Assembly: GCA_039680575.1 (NCBI GenBank)
Contig: JBDKSP010000014.1
Span: forward strand, 1-39,943
DNA: 39,943 bases
Origin: Armatimonadota bacterium
GTDB taxonomy: Bacteria; Armatimonadota; UBA5829; DTLH01
Direction of reading: 5' to 3'
The notes below the pieces were generated by a model. The model saw only the letters and a program-made list of their open reading frames with translations. It had not been told where the DNA came from and did not search any database. Of the stretch, positions 19,224 to 29,140 are shown piece after piece; the stretch's first letter is position 1; the number at the start of each line of letters is the position of its first letter. A program made the translations under genes and the position numbers.

Positions 19224-19256
19224 AAAATGAGCCGGCGGTCCCGCCGGCTCATTTTT
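19224..19256 (+). terminator. intrinsic terminator of fliW-csrA
   Basis: aaaatgagccggcgg-tc-ccgccggctcattttt. Confidence 0.85.
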
Positions 19257-19363
19257 CGATGCTGCGCTCTCGCTTCCTGCAGTTGTTTGGCGGAATAGAC
19301 ATAATCGCTCTACATATACATTCCTATCATATCTGGGCCATCAACAGGCCATCATATTTGGCA

Positions 19364-19392
19364 TTGACCACTCCTTAACGGCAAGCTATACT
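19364..19392 (+). promoter_or_regulatory. sigma70 promoter
   Basis: TTGACC-N17-TATACT; AAGGAGG RBS downstream. Confidence 0.7.
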
Positions 19393-19418
19393 AGCCTTGG
19401 GATAAGGAGGCACAGTGC

Positions 19419-20426
19419 ATGATGCTAAACGACGTGCCGAGACTTAAACTCGGGCATTTACCCACTCCACTGGACGAAGCGCCGAGGCTCGCAAAAGCGC
19501 TGGGACTTCGGCGGCTTCTAGTAAAGCGCGATGATCAGACCGGGCTCGGACTTGGAGGAAACAAGGTCCGAAAACTCGAATTTCTGATGGCGGATGCCGT
19601 CCGTAAAAATGCTGATGTGGTCTTGACGATTGGCGGCCCTCAGTCGAACCATGCCCGCCTTACCGCCGCCGCAGCGCGGCGTCTCGGGATGGATTCCGTG
19701 CTGGTGCTCGCCGGTCCTCGCTTCAAAAACTTCGATGGAAACCTTCTACTTGATATAATCTTCGACGCTGAAATCCGTTATCTCCCTGATGCCGGTGTGG
19801 CTCCGATGGAAAAAGCCATGGATGAGACGGCTTTGGAGCTGGAGCAGACTGGCAGGCGGCCGTATGTCATCCCGATGGGAGGATCGTCTCCGCTCGGCGT
19901 GCTCGGCTATGCGAACGCCGTGAAGGAGCTTGCCGGACAGCTCGGAGATGAAAAAGAACCTCAGATAATAGCCGCCGTCGGATCGGGCGGCACACTTGCA
20001 GGGCTCACTCTCGGCGCGAAGATGTTTTTGCCGGGCGCGAGGATAATCGGAATCAGCGTAGCCAGACCGATAGAACCATTTGAAGTAGTTGTGAGTAGAG
20101 TTGCAGCCGGCGGCGCGGAGCTTATCGGGGAAGACACGGCGTTCGATTCGGCAAAAATAGAGATCAGCTGCGATTATGTCGGGGATAGTTACGGTGTCCC
20201 ATCCGAAGCCGGAGTAGAGGCGATACTTCTTGCTGCTCGGACGGAGGCGCTCGTTCTCGACCCTGTATACACAGGAAAAGCCATGTCCGGGTTGATCGGT
20301 ATGGCGCAAAAAGGCACAATCGACCGTGACAGGACCACGGTTTTCATCCATACAGGCGGGTCTCCCGCTCTCTTCGCAAACGAGCGGTATTTTCACGAGA
20401 TGGCGAAATATACGGAAGTCAAATAG
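19419..20426 (+). CDS. D-cysteine desulfhydrase / ACC deaminase family PLP enzyme
   Basis: PTPL, KRDD, GGNKVRKLEF (PLP lysine), QSNH, GSGGTLAG, LDPVYTGKA, FIHTGG. Confidence 0.93.
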   Translation: MMLNDVPRLKLGHLPTPLDEAPRLAKALGLRRLLVKRDDQTGLGLGGNKVRKLEFLMADAVRKNADVVLTIGGPQSNHARLTAAAARRLGMDSVLVLAGPRFKNFDGNLLLDIIFDAEIRYLPDAGVAPMEKAMDETALELEQTGRRPYVIPMGGSSPLGVLGYANAVKELAGQLGDEKEPQIIAAVGSGGTLAGLTLGAKMFLPGARIIGISVARPIEPFEVVVSRVAAGGAELIGEDTAFDSAKIEISCDYVGDSYGVPSEAGVEAILLAARTEALVLDPVYTGKAMSGLIGMAQKGTIDRDRTTVFIHTGGSPALFANERYFHEMAKYTEVK

Positions 20427-20453
20427 AAAATAACCAACGGGGGAAGGATTGTT

Positions 20454-20915
20454 ATGAACAAATACGATGAAGTTATCGGGAAGTGCGGGATGTATTGTGG
20501 TGTATGCGAAGTCTATCTGTCACAGAAAAACCCCGAGTGGAGACAGCGAGTCGCGGAAAAGCATGGAATGGATGTCGAGCAGGTCAGGTGCTACGGCTGC
20601 GGCGGACTCAGCCCCAGGTGCTGCGGGTTCAACTGCGAGATACTGAAGTGCCTGCATGAACGGGAATATGAACACTGCTACGAGTGCCCGAACTACGACA
20701 CAAGATCATGCCACATGTTCGAAGACCTCGTAAAGAAATACTTCGAGCGCGGCATCGACATTAGAAGCAACTATGAGATGATCCAGGACGACAAGACCGA
20801 GGATATGGTCAACCGTATCGAGCGGTATTTTGCCTGTAAAAAATGCGGCAAGCTCCTTTCTACCGCGTCATCTGTCTGCGAGTATTGCGGCGCTGAACCG
20901 GACCATAGTCACTGA
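20454..20915 (+). CDS. DUF3795-like cysteine-rich protein
   Basis: CGMYCGVC…CYGC…CEILKC…HCYEC..Y..C and a C-terminal CxxC…CxxC. Confidence 0.8.
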   Translation: MNKYDEVIGKCGMYCGVCEVYLSQKNPEWRQRVAEKHGMDVEQVRCYGCGGLSPRCCGFNCEILKCLHEREYEHCYECPNYDTRSCHMFEDLVKKYFERGIDIRSNYEMIQDDKTEDMVNRIERYFACKKCGKLLSTASSVCEYCGAEPDHSH

Positions 20916-21029
20916 TTGCTGAGTTTGGCTGTCGAATAAGGTTTCTCCAACCGCCGGACTGTTTTGCAGCACTTCATTAAGGGCAAAATAGTTTGGAGAG
21001 TTGCATTTATTGAACGAGGAGGGACCACG

Positions 21030-21251
21030 ATGACGTTCGAGGACATGTCGATCACGGCCAAGGTGAAAGCCGCCCTTGCGCGCGCGGAAGACGTAAGCGC
21101 GCTGGATATCAATGTCGACGTCAATAGAGGTGTCGTGACATTGAAGGGAAACGTAAGCCGAAAGGCACACGATAAGGCGCTCCAGGTAGCCCAAGGCATT
21201 GACGGCGTGGAGTCCGTCAACGACGATCTGAACATCACATCAAACGAATAG
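21030..21251 (+). CDS. single BON-domain protein
   Basis: D.SITAKVKAAL…INVDV..GVVTLKG…A..IDGVESVNDDL; GAGGAGG RBS before ATG 21030. Confidence 0.9.
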   Translation: MTFEDMSITAKVKAALARAEDVSALDINVDVNRGVVTLKGNVSRKAHDKALQVAQGIDGVESVNDDLNITSNE

Positions 21252-21263
21252 GTTTTCAATCGT

Positions 21264-21300
21264 AAAGGCCGCTGCGGTGATGCTGTCGCGGCGGCCTTTT
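21264..21300. terminator. bidirectional terminator (BON / hemB)
   Basis: aaaggccgctgcgg…tcgcggcggcctttt. Confidence 0.75.
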
Positions 21301-21339
21301 ATCACCTATTACACGTGGAAATCTTGCGTATCTTTCCCA

Positions 21340-22326
21340 TTATCTCCCTGCACTTCGCTTCATCCACCTGGCGGCGTCTTTGGCGTGGTAGGTAAGGATC
21401 AAATCCGCCCCGGCTCGCTTTATGGAGGTCAAAATCTCCATCACGGCGCGCTCTTCGTCCAGCCAGCCGTTCTTCGCGGCTGCTTTGACCATAGAATACT
21501 CACCCGAGACATTGTAAGCCGCAACCGGAACGTCGAAACGCATCACGGCGTCGCTAATCACATCGAGGTACGGAAGTGCAGGTTTCACCATCACGATGTC
21601 CGCGCCTTCCTCTATGTCGAGTGCGATTTCCATAGCTGCTTCGCGCCGGTTGGCGGGGTCCATCTGGTAGCCGCGGCGGTCGCCGAACTGCGGAGCGCTC
21701 TCTGCTGCGTCCCTGAACGGGCCGTAGAACGCAGACGCATATTTAGCGGAATAAGCCATGATCGAAGTCTCGGTGAAGCCGTTATTATCGAGAGTTTCGC
21801 GGATAGCAAGCACGCGGCCGTCCATCATGTCCGAAGGCGCAACGATGTCTGCCCCGGCCTCGGCATGAGAAAGCGCAGTGCGAGCGATATATTCCAGCGT
21901 CTCATCGTTTAAAACGTTCTCATCCTGAACTATCCCGCAGTGGCCATGTGAAGTATACTCGCACATACACACATCCGTGATGACCACCATCTCCGGTATA
22001 CATTTTTTGATCTCACGGACTGCACGCTGGACTATCCCATCGGATACGTAGGCCTCGCTCCCGACCTCGTCCTTATGAGCCGGAATTCCGAATAGGAGAA
22101 CGGCGGGAACACCCAGCTCCGCCGCTTCGTTGATCTCATGGCAGATCGTATCTACCGAAAAATGATACACTCCGGGCATGGAAGCTATTTCCATCTTCAC
22201 ATCCAGCCCGTGCGTTACGAAAAGCGGGTAGATGAGATCATCCGGCGTGATTTTCGTCTCGCGGACCATCCGCCTGATGCCCTCTGTTCTCCTAAGTCTT
22301 CTGCCTCTGGTTATAGGAAAGCTCAT
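21340..22326 (-). CDS. hemB: porphobilinogen synthase (Zn-type)
   Basis: [49 protein letters not shown]. Confidence 0.98.
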   Translation of the reverse strand: MSFPITRGRRLRRTEGIRRMVRETKITPDDLIYPLFVTHGLDVKMEIASMPGVYHFSVDTICHEINEAAELGVPAVLLFGIPAHKDEVGSEAYVSDGIVQRAVREIKKCIPEMVVITDVCMCEYTSHGHCGIVQDENVLNDETLEYIARTALSHAEAGADIVAPSDMMDGRVLAIRETLDNNGFTETSIMAYSAKYASAFYGPFRDAAESAPQFGDRRGYQMDPANRREAAMEIALDIEEGADIVMVKPALPYLDVISDAVMRFDVPVAAYNVSGEYSMVKAAAKNGWLDEERAVMEILTSIKRAGADLILTYHAKDAARWMKRSAGR

Positions 22327-22440
22327 TTTTTACCTCGTTATTTAGGATATAGGATTCAGGATTTAGGGATGGGATTCTCTCGGGCTGTATTTGCAATGCA
22401 GCCCAGAATGGCCGGATAGGGATCTATAGATCCCGGTCAA

Positions 22441-23631
22441 TTAACTATAATCGATCTCCTCGTCCGTCAAATAACATGCCGGGTCCGGCGCCCAAATGTC
22501 GTTATGCACCGCAATTGCGCGGGAGCGGAAGTTGCCGTTGCAGATGTCGGCCCACTTGCAGTTCTTCTCGGCGCACCTACCCTTCAAAAGCGGCCTGCGG
22601 TTCTTCAGCCCGGCCATCACGGGGTCCGATGTGTCCATCCATATCTCGCTGAACTTGCGGTCCCGGACATTGCAGAAGGTGTGACCCTGCCAGAACTGGT
22701 CCGGGTGGACATTTCCGACATTGTCTATGCACCCGATTCCTACCCCGGACTGGTTTCCGCCGTTCCACTTGAGGAGCTGCATGACCTCGTCCAGCCTCTC
22801 GGACTTCTCCCGCTGCATCCTCATATAGAGATACGGTCCGTCGCAGTGGTTGTCGACAGTCAGTATGTCTTTGTTTAGTCCCCGGCGGTGGAAGTCCATC
22901 GTGCGGTCCATAATCAGGTCGACGGCTTTTCTCGACTCCTCATGGGTAAGGTCTTCTTTCACCATTTCGCTTCCCCTGCCGGTGTAGGCGAGGTGATAGA
23001 AGCACGCGCGGGGGATTCTTTCTTCTTCTATGAAGTCAAAAATGGCGTTAAGGTCGTTATAATTGCGGCGGGTCATCGTGAGCCGTAGTCCGACCTTCTG
23101 ACCGGCATCTACGCATGACTGAAACCCTCGCATGGCAGCGTCGAACGCGCCTGTCACCCCACGGAACTGGTCATTGATCTCTCCGATGCCGTCCAGGGAG
23201 ATTCCGACATAGCCGAACCCGGTTTCTTTGATCTTTTGCGCGACTTTCGGCGTAATGAGCGTCCCGTTCGTCGAGATTACCGGTCTGATTCCGAGTTTTA
23301 CAGCGAGTTCAGCCAGTTCGAACAGGTCTTCCCTCATTAAAGGCTCGCCGCCGGAGAAAAGGAGCACCGGAACGCCGAATTCACTGAGGTCTGCGATCAT
23401 CCGCTTCGCTTCTTCGGTCGAAAGCTCGCCGTCATAGCAGCGGTTTTCGGAACTAGAGTAGCAGTGGACGCATTTCAAATTGCACCGGCGGCTCATGTTC
23501 CAGACAATTACCGGTTTTTTGTCCGATGAATACTGGAGCAGGCGCGAGGGCATCTTCCCGCTCTCCCTGCCGTAGCGCAGAGCATCACCCGGCGTCGCCG
23601 TACCGCAGTATAGTTTGGTTATTCCGATCAA
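22441..23631 (-). CDS. ahbC: radical SAM/SPASM 12,18-didecarboxysiroheme deacetylase (AhbC/NirJ1)
   Basis: Characteristic MIGITKLYCG start, CNLKCVHC, FSGGEP, LTVDNHCDG, HPDQFW, CNGNFR…DPACYL; located between cobA/hemD and hemB. Confidence 0.88.
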   Translation of the reverse strand: MIGITKLYCGTATPGDALRYGRESGKMPSRLLQYSSDKKPVIVWNMSRRCNLKCVHCYSSSENRCYDGELSTEEAKRMIADLSEFGVPVLLFSGGEPLMREDLFELAELAVKLGIRPVISTNGTLITPKVAQKIKETGFGYVGISLDGIGEINDQFRGVTGAFDAAMRGFQSCVDAGQKVGLRLTMTRRNYNDLNAIFDFIEEERIPRACFYHLAYTGRGSEMVKEDLTHEESRKAVDLIMDRTMDFHRRGLNKDILTVDNHCDGPYLYMRMQREKSERLDEVMQLLKWNGGNQSGVGIGCIDNVGNVHPDQFWQGHTFCNVRDRKFSEIWMDTSDPVMAGLKNRRPLLKGRCAEKNCKWADICNGNFRSRAIAVHNDIWAPDPACYLTDEEIDYS

Positions 23632-25142
23632 TTCTCTATTCCCCCAACCAGCCCTTTCACCAGCCCGTCAATCGTATACTCCTCCGCCACGACCGTTGGG
23701 TTCAGACCGAGTTCGCGGGCGGTTTGAGCAGTTATGGGTCCGATACAGGCGATGGTGATGTTCTCAGGCAGTGTTGCACGGCCTAAAAGGCTTATAAAAT
23801 TCCTGACAGTAGATGAGCTGGTGAATGTGATCGCGTCGATCTTGCCTTTCTCGATCATATCCCGAACAAAAGCAGCGTCTGAGTCCTCAATTACGGTCTC
23901 ATATACGGCTGCGACATGCACATCCGCACCTCTTTCCCGAAGCATATCGGGAAACACATCGCGCGTTTCTTTCGCACCTGGAATAAGGACCGTCTTATGT
24001 TTAAGGTCAACTGGAAAGTCACGGACAATGGCTTCAGCAACATATTCCGAAGGAACGTACGCTGCTCTTAACCCGTGTTCCCGAAGTGCAGATGCTGTGG
24101 ACGGACCAATCGCTGCCAGGTTAATGCCATATAAAGAGCGGACATCGAATCCGATCTCAAATAGCCTCTTTACAAACAAATTCACGGCATTCACACTGGT
24201 GAATATAATCCATTCAGTCGCATCCAGATTATCAATCGCGCTATTGAGCGCAGATACATCTTTAGTCGGAACAATCTTGATGACAGGAAACTCTATAACC
24301 TCTGCCCCAAGCGCTTCCAACTTTTCCGAAAGCACGCTCGCCTGCTCGCGGCTGCGGGTGACGATTACTTTTTTACCGAAAAGCGGGCGGTTATCGAACC
24401 ATCTGAGCCCGTCACGCAGGTTTACAACTTCACCGACGACCGTTACGGCTGGAGATTTAAACCCTGTCTCTTCCACCTGCCGCGCTATTGTCTCAAGCGT
24501 CCCGATCAGAGTCTCCTGCTCTGCCCTGGTTCCCCACCGGATGAGCGCAACCGGTGTTTCCTTCGGTCTTCCGTGCTTCATAAGCGCCGAGGCGATATTC
24601 GGCAGGTTTTCGACACCCATCAAAAAGACCAGCGTGTCGATTCCGGTTGCAACCTTGTCCCAATTGATTGAAGACTCGGTCTTTGATGGGTCCTCATGGC
24701 CGGTGATTATCCCAAAAGTAGAGCAGAGCTTTCGATAAGTGACCGGAATGCCAGCGTAGGCCGGGACAGCGATGGCCGATGTGATGCCTGGGATGATCTC
24801 GAACTCTATCCCTTCCCGCGACAACTCTTCGGCCTCTTCGCCGCCTCTGCCGAAGACAAACGGATCGCCGCCCTTCAGCCGCGCGACGGTCTTCCCTTCC
24901 TTTGCCTTATCGACGAGCAGCCGGTTTATCTCTTCCTGCTTCATCGTGTGCCGGTTCGATTCCTTGCCGGCATAGACCAGCTCGGCATCGGGCTTCGCAT
25001 GCCTCAAAATAGCCGGATGGACCAATCTGTCGTAGACGATGACGTCCGCATGCGCGAGAACCTCCGCTCCTCTTATGGTAAGGAGCTTGGGGTCCCCCGG
25101 ACCTGCGCCTATAAGATAGACTTTAGCAGTAGTTTTACTCAT
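23628..25142 (-). CDS. cobA: uroporphyrinogen-III C-methyltransferase / uroporphyrinogen-III synthase fusion (CobA-HemD)
   Basis: GAGPGDP, RLKGGDPFVFGRGGEE; HemD half VTRSREQA, FTSVNAV, AIGPST, FTSSSTV, CIGPITA. Confidence 0.95.
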   Translation of the reverse strand: MSKTTAKVYLIGAGPGDPKLLTIRGAEVLAHADVIVYDRLVHPAILRHAKPDAELVYAGKESNRHTMKQEEINRLLVDKAKEGKTVARLKGGDPFVFGRGGEEAEELSREGIEFEIIPGITSAIAVPAYAGIPVTYRKLCSTFGIITGHEDPSKTESSINWDKVATGIDTLVFLMGVENLPNIASALMKHGRPKETPVALIRWGTRAEQETLIGTLETIARQVEETGFKSPAVTVVGEVVNLRDGLRWFDNRPLFGKKVIVTRSREQASVLSEKLEALGAEVIEFPVIKIVPTKDVSALNSAIDNLDATEWIIFTSVNAVNLFVKRLFEIGFDVRSLYGINLAAIGPSTASALREHGLRAAYVPSEYVAEAIVRDFPVDLKHKTVLIPGAKETRDVFPDMLRERGADVHVAAVYETVIEDSDAAFVRDMIEKGKIDAITFTSSSTVRNFISLLGRATLPENITIACIGPITAQTARELGLNPTVVAEEYTIDGLVKGLVGGIEN

Positions 25143-25236
25143 ATCAGCCTGAACAATATACCCGGCATATCAAAAAATCACACTCGGAACTCATTATAGC
25201 ATACGGTCTAACGGGGATGGGGGCTGGTATAGAATA

Positions 25237-25420
25237 GTAACAGTTCACTCTAAATGAGAATTATATATCACCCTGAACAACCAGCACGTCATCATGGATG
25301 GGAGCACGTCACCCTTGAACTTGATTCAGGGTCCATTCTTTTCCTGGATTCCGAGTCAAGCTCGGAATGACGTTGTGTCAGCCCGGAATGATGTTGCACT
25401 CATCAACTCTGAACTCTTAC
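25237..25420 (+). mobile_element. MITE copy A (184 bp, GTAA-ended imperfect TIRs, internal REP-like palindromes)
   Basis: Ends GTAACAGTTCAC…CTGAACTCTTAC; flanking 7-bp direct repeat TAGAATA (25230-36, 25421-27); inverted homolog at 34504-34687. Confidence 0.8.
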
Positions 25421-25427
25421 TAGAATA

Positions 25428-25441
25428 GTAACAGTTCACTC
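25428..25441 (+). repeat. orphan second left end of the same MITE family
   Basis: GTAACAGTTCACTC repeated immediately after the right target duplication. Confidence 0.65.
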
Positions 25442-25502
25442 ATCCATAGCATGTAAAAAAAATTAAGTATTGTACGAATAGAAGAAGGTACAAATTGATG
25501 GC

Positions 25503-25531
25503 TTGCCGAAGTAATATGTGTGGATATAGAA
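25503..25531 (+). promoter_or_regulatory. sigma70 promoter of the glycosyltransferase operon
   Basis: TTGCCG-N17-TAGAAT. Confidence 0.6.
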
Positions 25532-25560
25532 TACTCGATGTTTGACTGAGCACTACTGGC

Positions 25561-26694
25561 ATGGTAGAATCTGGCGTGATTGATGACAAATCCCTCAGGA
25601 TTTTCCATATAGTCAGACGCGCCGAGGGCGGAATACGCAGGCATGTGATTGAACTTCTCTCAGGACTTCGAGGGCAGTTCAAACACATGCTCGCGGCTTC
25701 TCCTGAATTCTATCAGTCGCTTCCTGATGAAGTCCTGCAAAATGTGGATTATATGCAGTTCGACGTCGGGGATGGAGCGGGAATAGGCTATATTCCGCAG
25801 TTGTACCGGCTTGCAAGCTACGTGAAACGCAGAAAGCCGGACATCATCCATTGCCACGGCTACAAGACCGTTTTGCCCGGCATCATCTGTTCCAGGCTCT
25901 TTGGAACAGGCCTCGTTATCACAGGCCATAACATGTTCCCGACAAACGCGCCGAGGCTGGCCAAAATCCTGATCAGGCTTGCAGGCAGGGTTTCGAACCG
26001 TATGATTGCGGTATCCCCAAGTCTCAAGGCTTCTCTGGTCGCGGCAGGGGTCGACGAGCAAAAGATCGAGGTTATTCCAAACGGGATTAACCTGTCGGAC
26101 TACGGAAATGCCGGAAAAAGCGTAAAATACATGGTCGATGAGCTCGGGATAGATGTATCATCCAAAGTGATATTTACCGCTGCCAGGCTGACGAAGGTGA
26201 AGGGTGTCGAGACGCTTATCCTCGCCGTCCCGATCATTGCTGAGCGGCGCCCGAACGTCAGGGTGCTGATCGCGGGCGACGGCCCGGACAGGCAGTCGCT
26301 TATGGAACTGGCGGAAAAGGCCGCGGATGGCCGGGTTGTCTTCCTCGGCCATCGGCGCGATGTGCCGCGGCTCCTCGCGGCAGCGGATGTCGTTGCTATC
26401 CCGTCTCTTTCGGAGGGACATCCGCTGATTCTAGTCGAAGCGATGGCATCCGAAAAGCCGGTGGTCGCGTCCTCTGTCGGCGGACTTGCCGATACGTTGA
26501 GAGACGGAGACACCGGGATTCTGGTCCCGCCTGCCGATCCGAAAGCGCTTGCCGAAGGGATAATATCCGTGCTGGATTCGCCCGATCTGGCATCGAGACT
26601 CAGCCGATCAGCCCGCTGTTACGCTGAAGAAGAGTTTTCGGTAGAAAAAATGATCGCTGATATAAAAGAGGTATATCTTTGCGCCGCAGTATAA
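25561..26694 (+). CDS. glycosyltransferase family 4
   Basis: GGIRRHV, PDIIHCH, IPNGI, ARL..VKG, GDGP, PSLSEGHPLILVEAMA (EX7E). Confidence 0.95.
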   Translation: MVESGVIDDKSLRIFHIVRRAEGGIRRHVIELLSGLRGQFKHMLAASPEFYQSLPDEVLQNVDYMQFDVGDGAGIGYIPQLYRLASYVKRRKPDIIHCHGYKTVLPGIICSRLFGTGLVITGHNMFPTNAPRLAKILIRLAGRVSNRMIAVSPSLKASLVAAGVDEQKIEVIPNGINLSDYGNAGKSVKYMVDELGIDVSSKVIFTAARLTKVKGVETLILAVPIIAERRPNVRVLIAGDGPDRQSLMELAEKAADGRVVFLGHRRDVPRLLAAADVVAIPSLSEGHPLILVEAMASEKPVVASSVGGLADTLRDGDTGILVPPADPKALAEGIISVLDSPDLASRLSRSARCYAEEEFSVEKMIADIKEVYLCAAV

Positions 26695-28871
26695 TCATAT
26701 TCGCCGCTTTGGTATTTATAATTGCTATATCAGGAGCTACAGCCGCCGGAGGAAAGCTGGTCCTGGTCGTAATGGGCGGTGTTTCTCTGGATGAAATCGC
26801 AATCCCGGAGCTTCACAATATTTCTTTCCTTGTCGAAAAAGGGGCAATAGGAATTATGAATGCCCGTCCGGCAAGCACCAGGTCATTTTCCGACGATACC
26901 GCTGTGGGGCGTTACTCGATGGAAGGCGGATGTGCGACCATCGGAGCAGGAACAAGAGCCGCGGTTACTACGGACGCAAGAAAAGCGCATAACATCTCGG
27001 ATGTAATCGATGGCCGTCCGGCAGCCCAGCTTTACGAAAGCCTCTACGGCGCTGCACCCGCCCGCGCGGAGGTGCTGCATCTTGGCATGAACCGGCTTCG
27101 GTTTATCAATGAAGAGGCCAGATACCCTATCGAGCCAGGCGCGCTTGGCGGTGCACTCAGGAAAGCCGGACTGAAGACTGCTGCAGTGGGAAACAGCGAT
27201 ACAGCGATGGAACCGCGCAGAGAAGCGGCGCTCACCGCAGCCGATCCCGAAGGGATCATCGATTTTGGTGATGTCGGGGAGAAAATGATCCTGCACGATC
27301 CTTCAGCTCCCTATGGAATCCGCACCGATACCGGCGCGCTCCTAAATGCGTTTCGGTCAGCCATAAGGCATGCTGATTTCGTAGTCGTGGATGTTGGAGA
27401 TACGGCAAGAGCCTCGAGTTACGCACAGCACTGTGTGGACATACAGGGTGCGAAACACCAGCGGCGGGCGTTGATGTCCGCAGATGAGATCGTGGGAGGC
27501 CTGGTTCAGAGCCTTGACCTGTCACGGGACCGCATCATTCTCGTTTCCCCTAATCCTTCTCCGCTGGCCATAGATAATTTCGATTTTCTGCCGCCTGTCA
27601 TCATTGCGGGCAGCGGCATCGAGCATGGTTTGCTTTCGTCCGGCTCGACACACCGGACGGGGATCATCACTAACGCCGATATTACGGCTTCTGTTCTAAA
27701 TTTCTTTAATATTGAGCCGCCATATTCGTTTGTTGGCAGCCCGGTTATGGTCTGCAAAGGGTCAGAAAACAACCTGATCGATACGAACAAACACATCATG
27801 CTGCAGATACAGCGCCAGCCGATGATGCGCGGCTTAGCGGTCTTTCTGGTGGCCTATGTTATAGTTCTTTCCCTTTATATACTGAAACACGGACAGAATG
27901 CGCCCGGACGGCTTTCATGGGCGGTGCTCCTGCCGGTCTCGCTTATGCTTGCTGTCTTGTGGCTGCCCGCGATCACCAATCTTGAGATGATAGGTTCCAT
28001 AATAGCGCTCGTATGTCTGGTCGCGGTGATACTGGGCGCGCTGAGGCTTGTAAGCCGTTCGCCGGTGAAGGCATTCGGCCTGGTTTGCGGCGCTGTGGTG
28101 GCTACAATGATCGTAGATATACCTAGAGGAGCCATCCTGCTGCGTGATTCGATCCTCAGCTATACTCCAGTCGATGGCGCGAGGTATTACGGCATAGGTA
28201 ACGAACACATGGGGAGTATGATAGGGGCTGCCATGATCGGCGTGGGGTTTGTCGCGGCTATGATGGACAGGAAAGCCCTCAAAATGCCGCTTATTACCGT
28301 TTTGCTCGGAGTAGTCGTAGCCGTTATCGGGCTTCCCCCACTTGGAGCCAATGCAGGCGGAGCGATGTCCGCCGTGGCTGCCGCAGTAGCAGGGTTTATT
28401 TTGTGGAAAGGCCAGAAAATGGACAAAAAGCGCATAATCATAGCTGCAGCCTCAGTACTGGGTGCGCTTGGCCTTCTGGTAGTTGTGGACTCAATTCTTC
28501 CCGGATCGACACAGTCGCATGTGGGCAAGGCTGCTCACCTTATCGCCACGGGCGGGATAGGTGAGATTGGCACGATCATTGGACGCAAGCTGGTCATGAA
28601 CCTGATGCTGCTTCGAAACAGCACCTGGAGTAAACTGCTCATAGTTTCCGCTGCAGCGGTCATTGCATTTCTCTCCGTCCGGAACAGGGATGCGCTTACC
28701 CGGCTGAGGGGGATGCCCCATATCCACTCCGGGGTAATAGCTGCGACGGTTGGGACGGCCGCGGCATTTCTTTTGAACGATTCCGGTGTAGTAGCGGCAG
28801 CAACAGCTTTTATCTACGTGTGGACCTTTGTGGCGATTATATATCTAAAGAGTTTCGGGTGTAAATGTTGA
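26679..28871 (+). CDS. membrane protein with an extracytoplasmic alkaline-phosphatase-like domain and a C-terminal multi-TM domain
   Basis: Signal-like N-terminus; GAIGIMN, TIGAG, STHRTGIITNADITASVL; TM motifs GARYYGIGNE, LGANAGG, NDSGV; overlaps the GT4 stop. Confidence 0.75.
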   Translation: MRRSIIIFAALVFIIAISGATAAGGKLVLVVMGGVSLDEIAIPELHNISFLVEKGAIGIMNARPASTRSFSDDTAVGRYSMEGGCATIGAGTRAAVTTDARKAHNISDVIDGRPAAQLYESLYGAAPARAEVLHLGMNRLRFINEEARYPIEPGALGGALRKAGLKTAAVGNSDTAMEPRREAALTAADPEGIIDFGDVGEKMILHDPSAPYGIRTDTGALLNAFRSAIRHADFVVVDVGDTARASSYAQHCVDIQGAKHQRRALMSADEIVGGLVQSLDLSRDRIILVSPNPSPLAIDNFDFLPPVIIAGSGIEHGLLSSGSTHRTGIITNADITASVLNFFNIEPPYSFVGSPVMVCKGSENNLIDTNKHIMLQIQRQPMMRGLAVFLVAYVIVLSLYILKHGQNAPGRLSWAVLLPVSLMLAVLWLPAITNLEMIGSIIALVCLVAVILGALRLVSRSPVKAFGLVCGAVVATMIVDIPRGAILLRDSILSYTPVDGARYYGIGNEHMGSMIGAAMIGVGFVAAMMDRKALKMPLITVLLGVVVAVIGLPPLGANAGGAMSAVAAAVAGFILWKGQKMDKKRIIIAAASVLGALGLLVVVDSILPGSTQSHVGKAAHLIATGGIGEIGTIIGRKLVMNLMLLRNSTWSKLLIVSAAAVIAFLSVRNRDALTRLRGMPHIHSGVIAATVGTAAAFLLNDSGVVAAATAFIYVWTFVAIIYLKSFGCKC

Positions 28872-28980
28872 TCCTGCACCTGAAATTAAGTAACATCCGC
28901 TAGATAATTCTGCCTCGTAAATACCTCATCAGGCACTTCTTGTTAAATTCCGCAGGCTAAGCTCTGCAGCACCAATTGAA

Positions 28981-28996
28981 TGGCATACTTTTTGCA
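28981..28996 (+). promoter_or_regulatory. sigma54 (-24/-12) promoter
   Basis: TGGCAT-ACTTT-TTGCA, exact GG-N10-GC spacing, 145 nt upstream of the REC-PilZ gene. Confidence 0.7.
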
Positions 28997-29140
28997 ATAA
29001 TAGGTAATTGAGAAAGTATTTCAAGAATAGCGCACTTCCGAATAAAGATTGCCGTGTCATAATGTCCGGCATAGATAGCGCGCAAGCCCGGTAGTGGAAC
29101 AAGCGGTTCTTGCAAAGAGTTGAGTGGAGGCTCCTGCAGG

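Noticed and set aside
25230..25441. 21-bp direct repeat as a CRISPR array
   Set aside because: Only two copies 170 nt apart, explained by TSD plus MITE end; no cas genes
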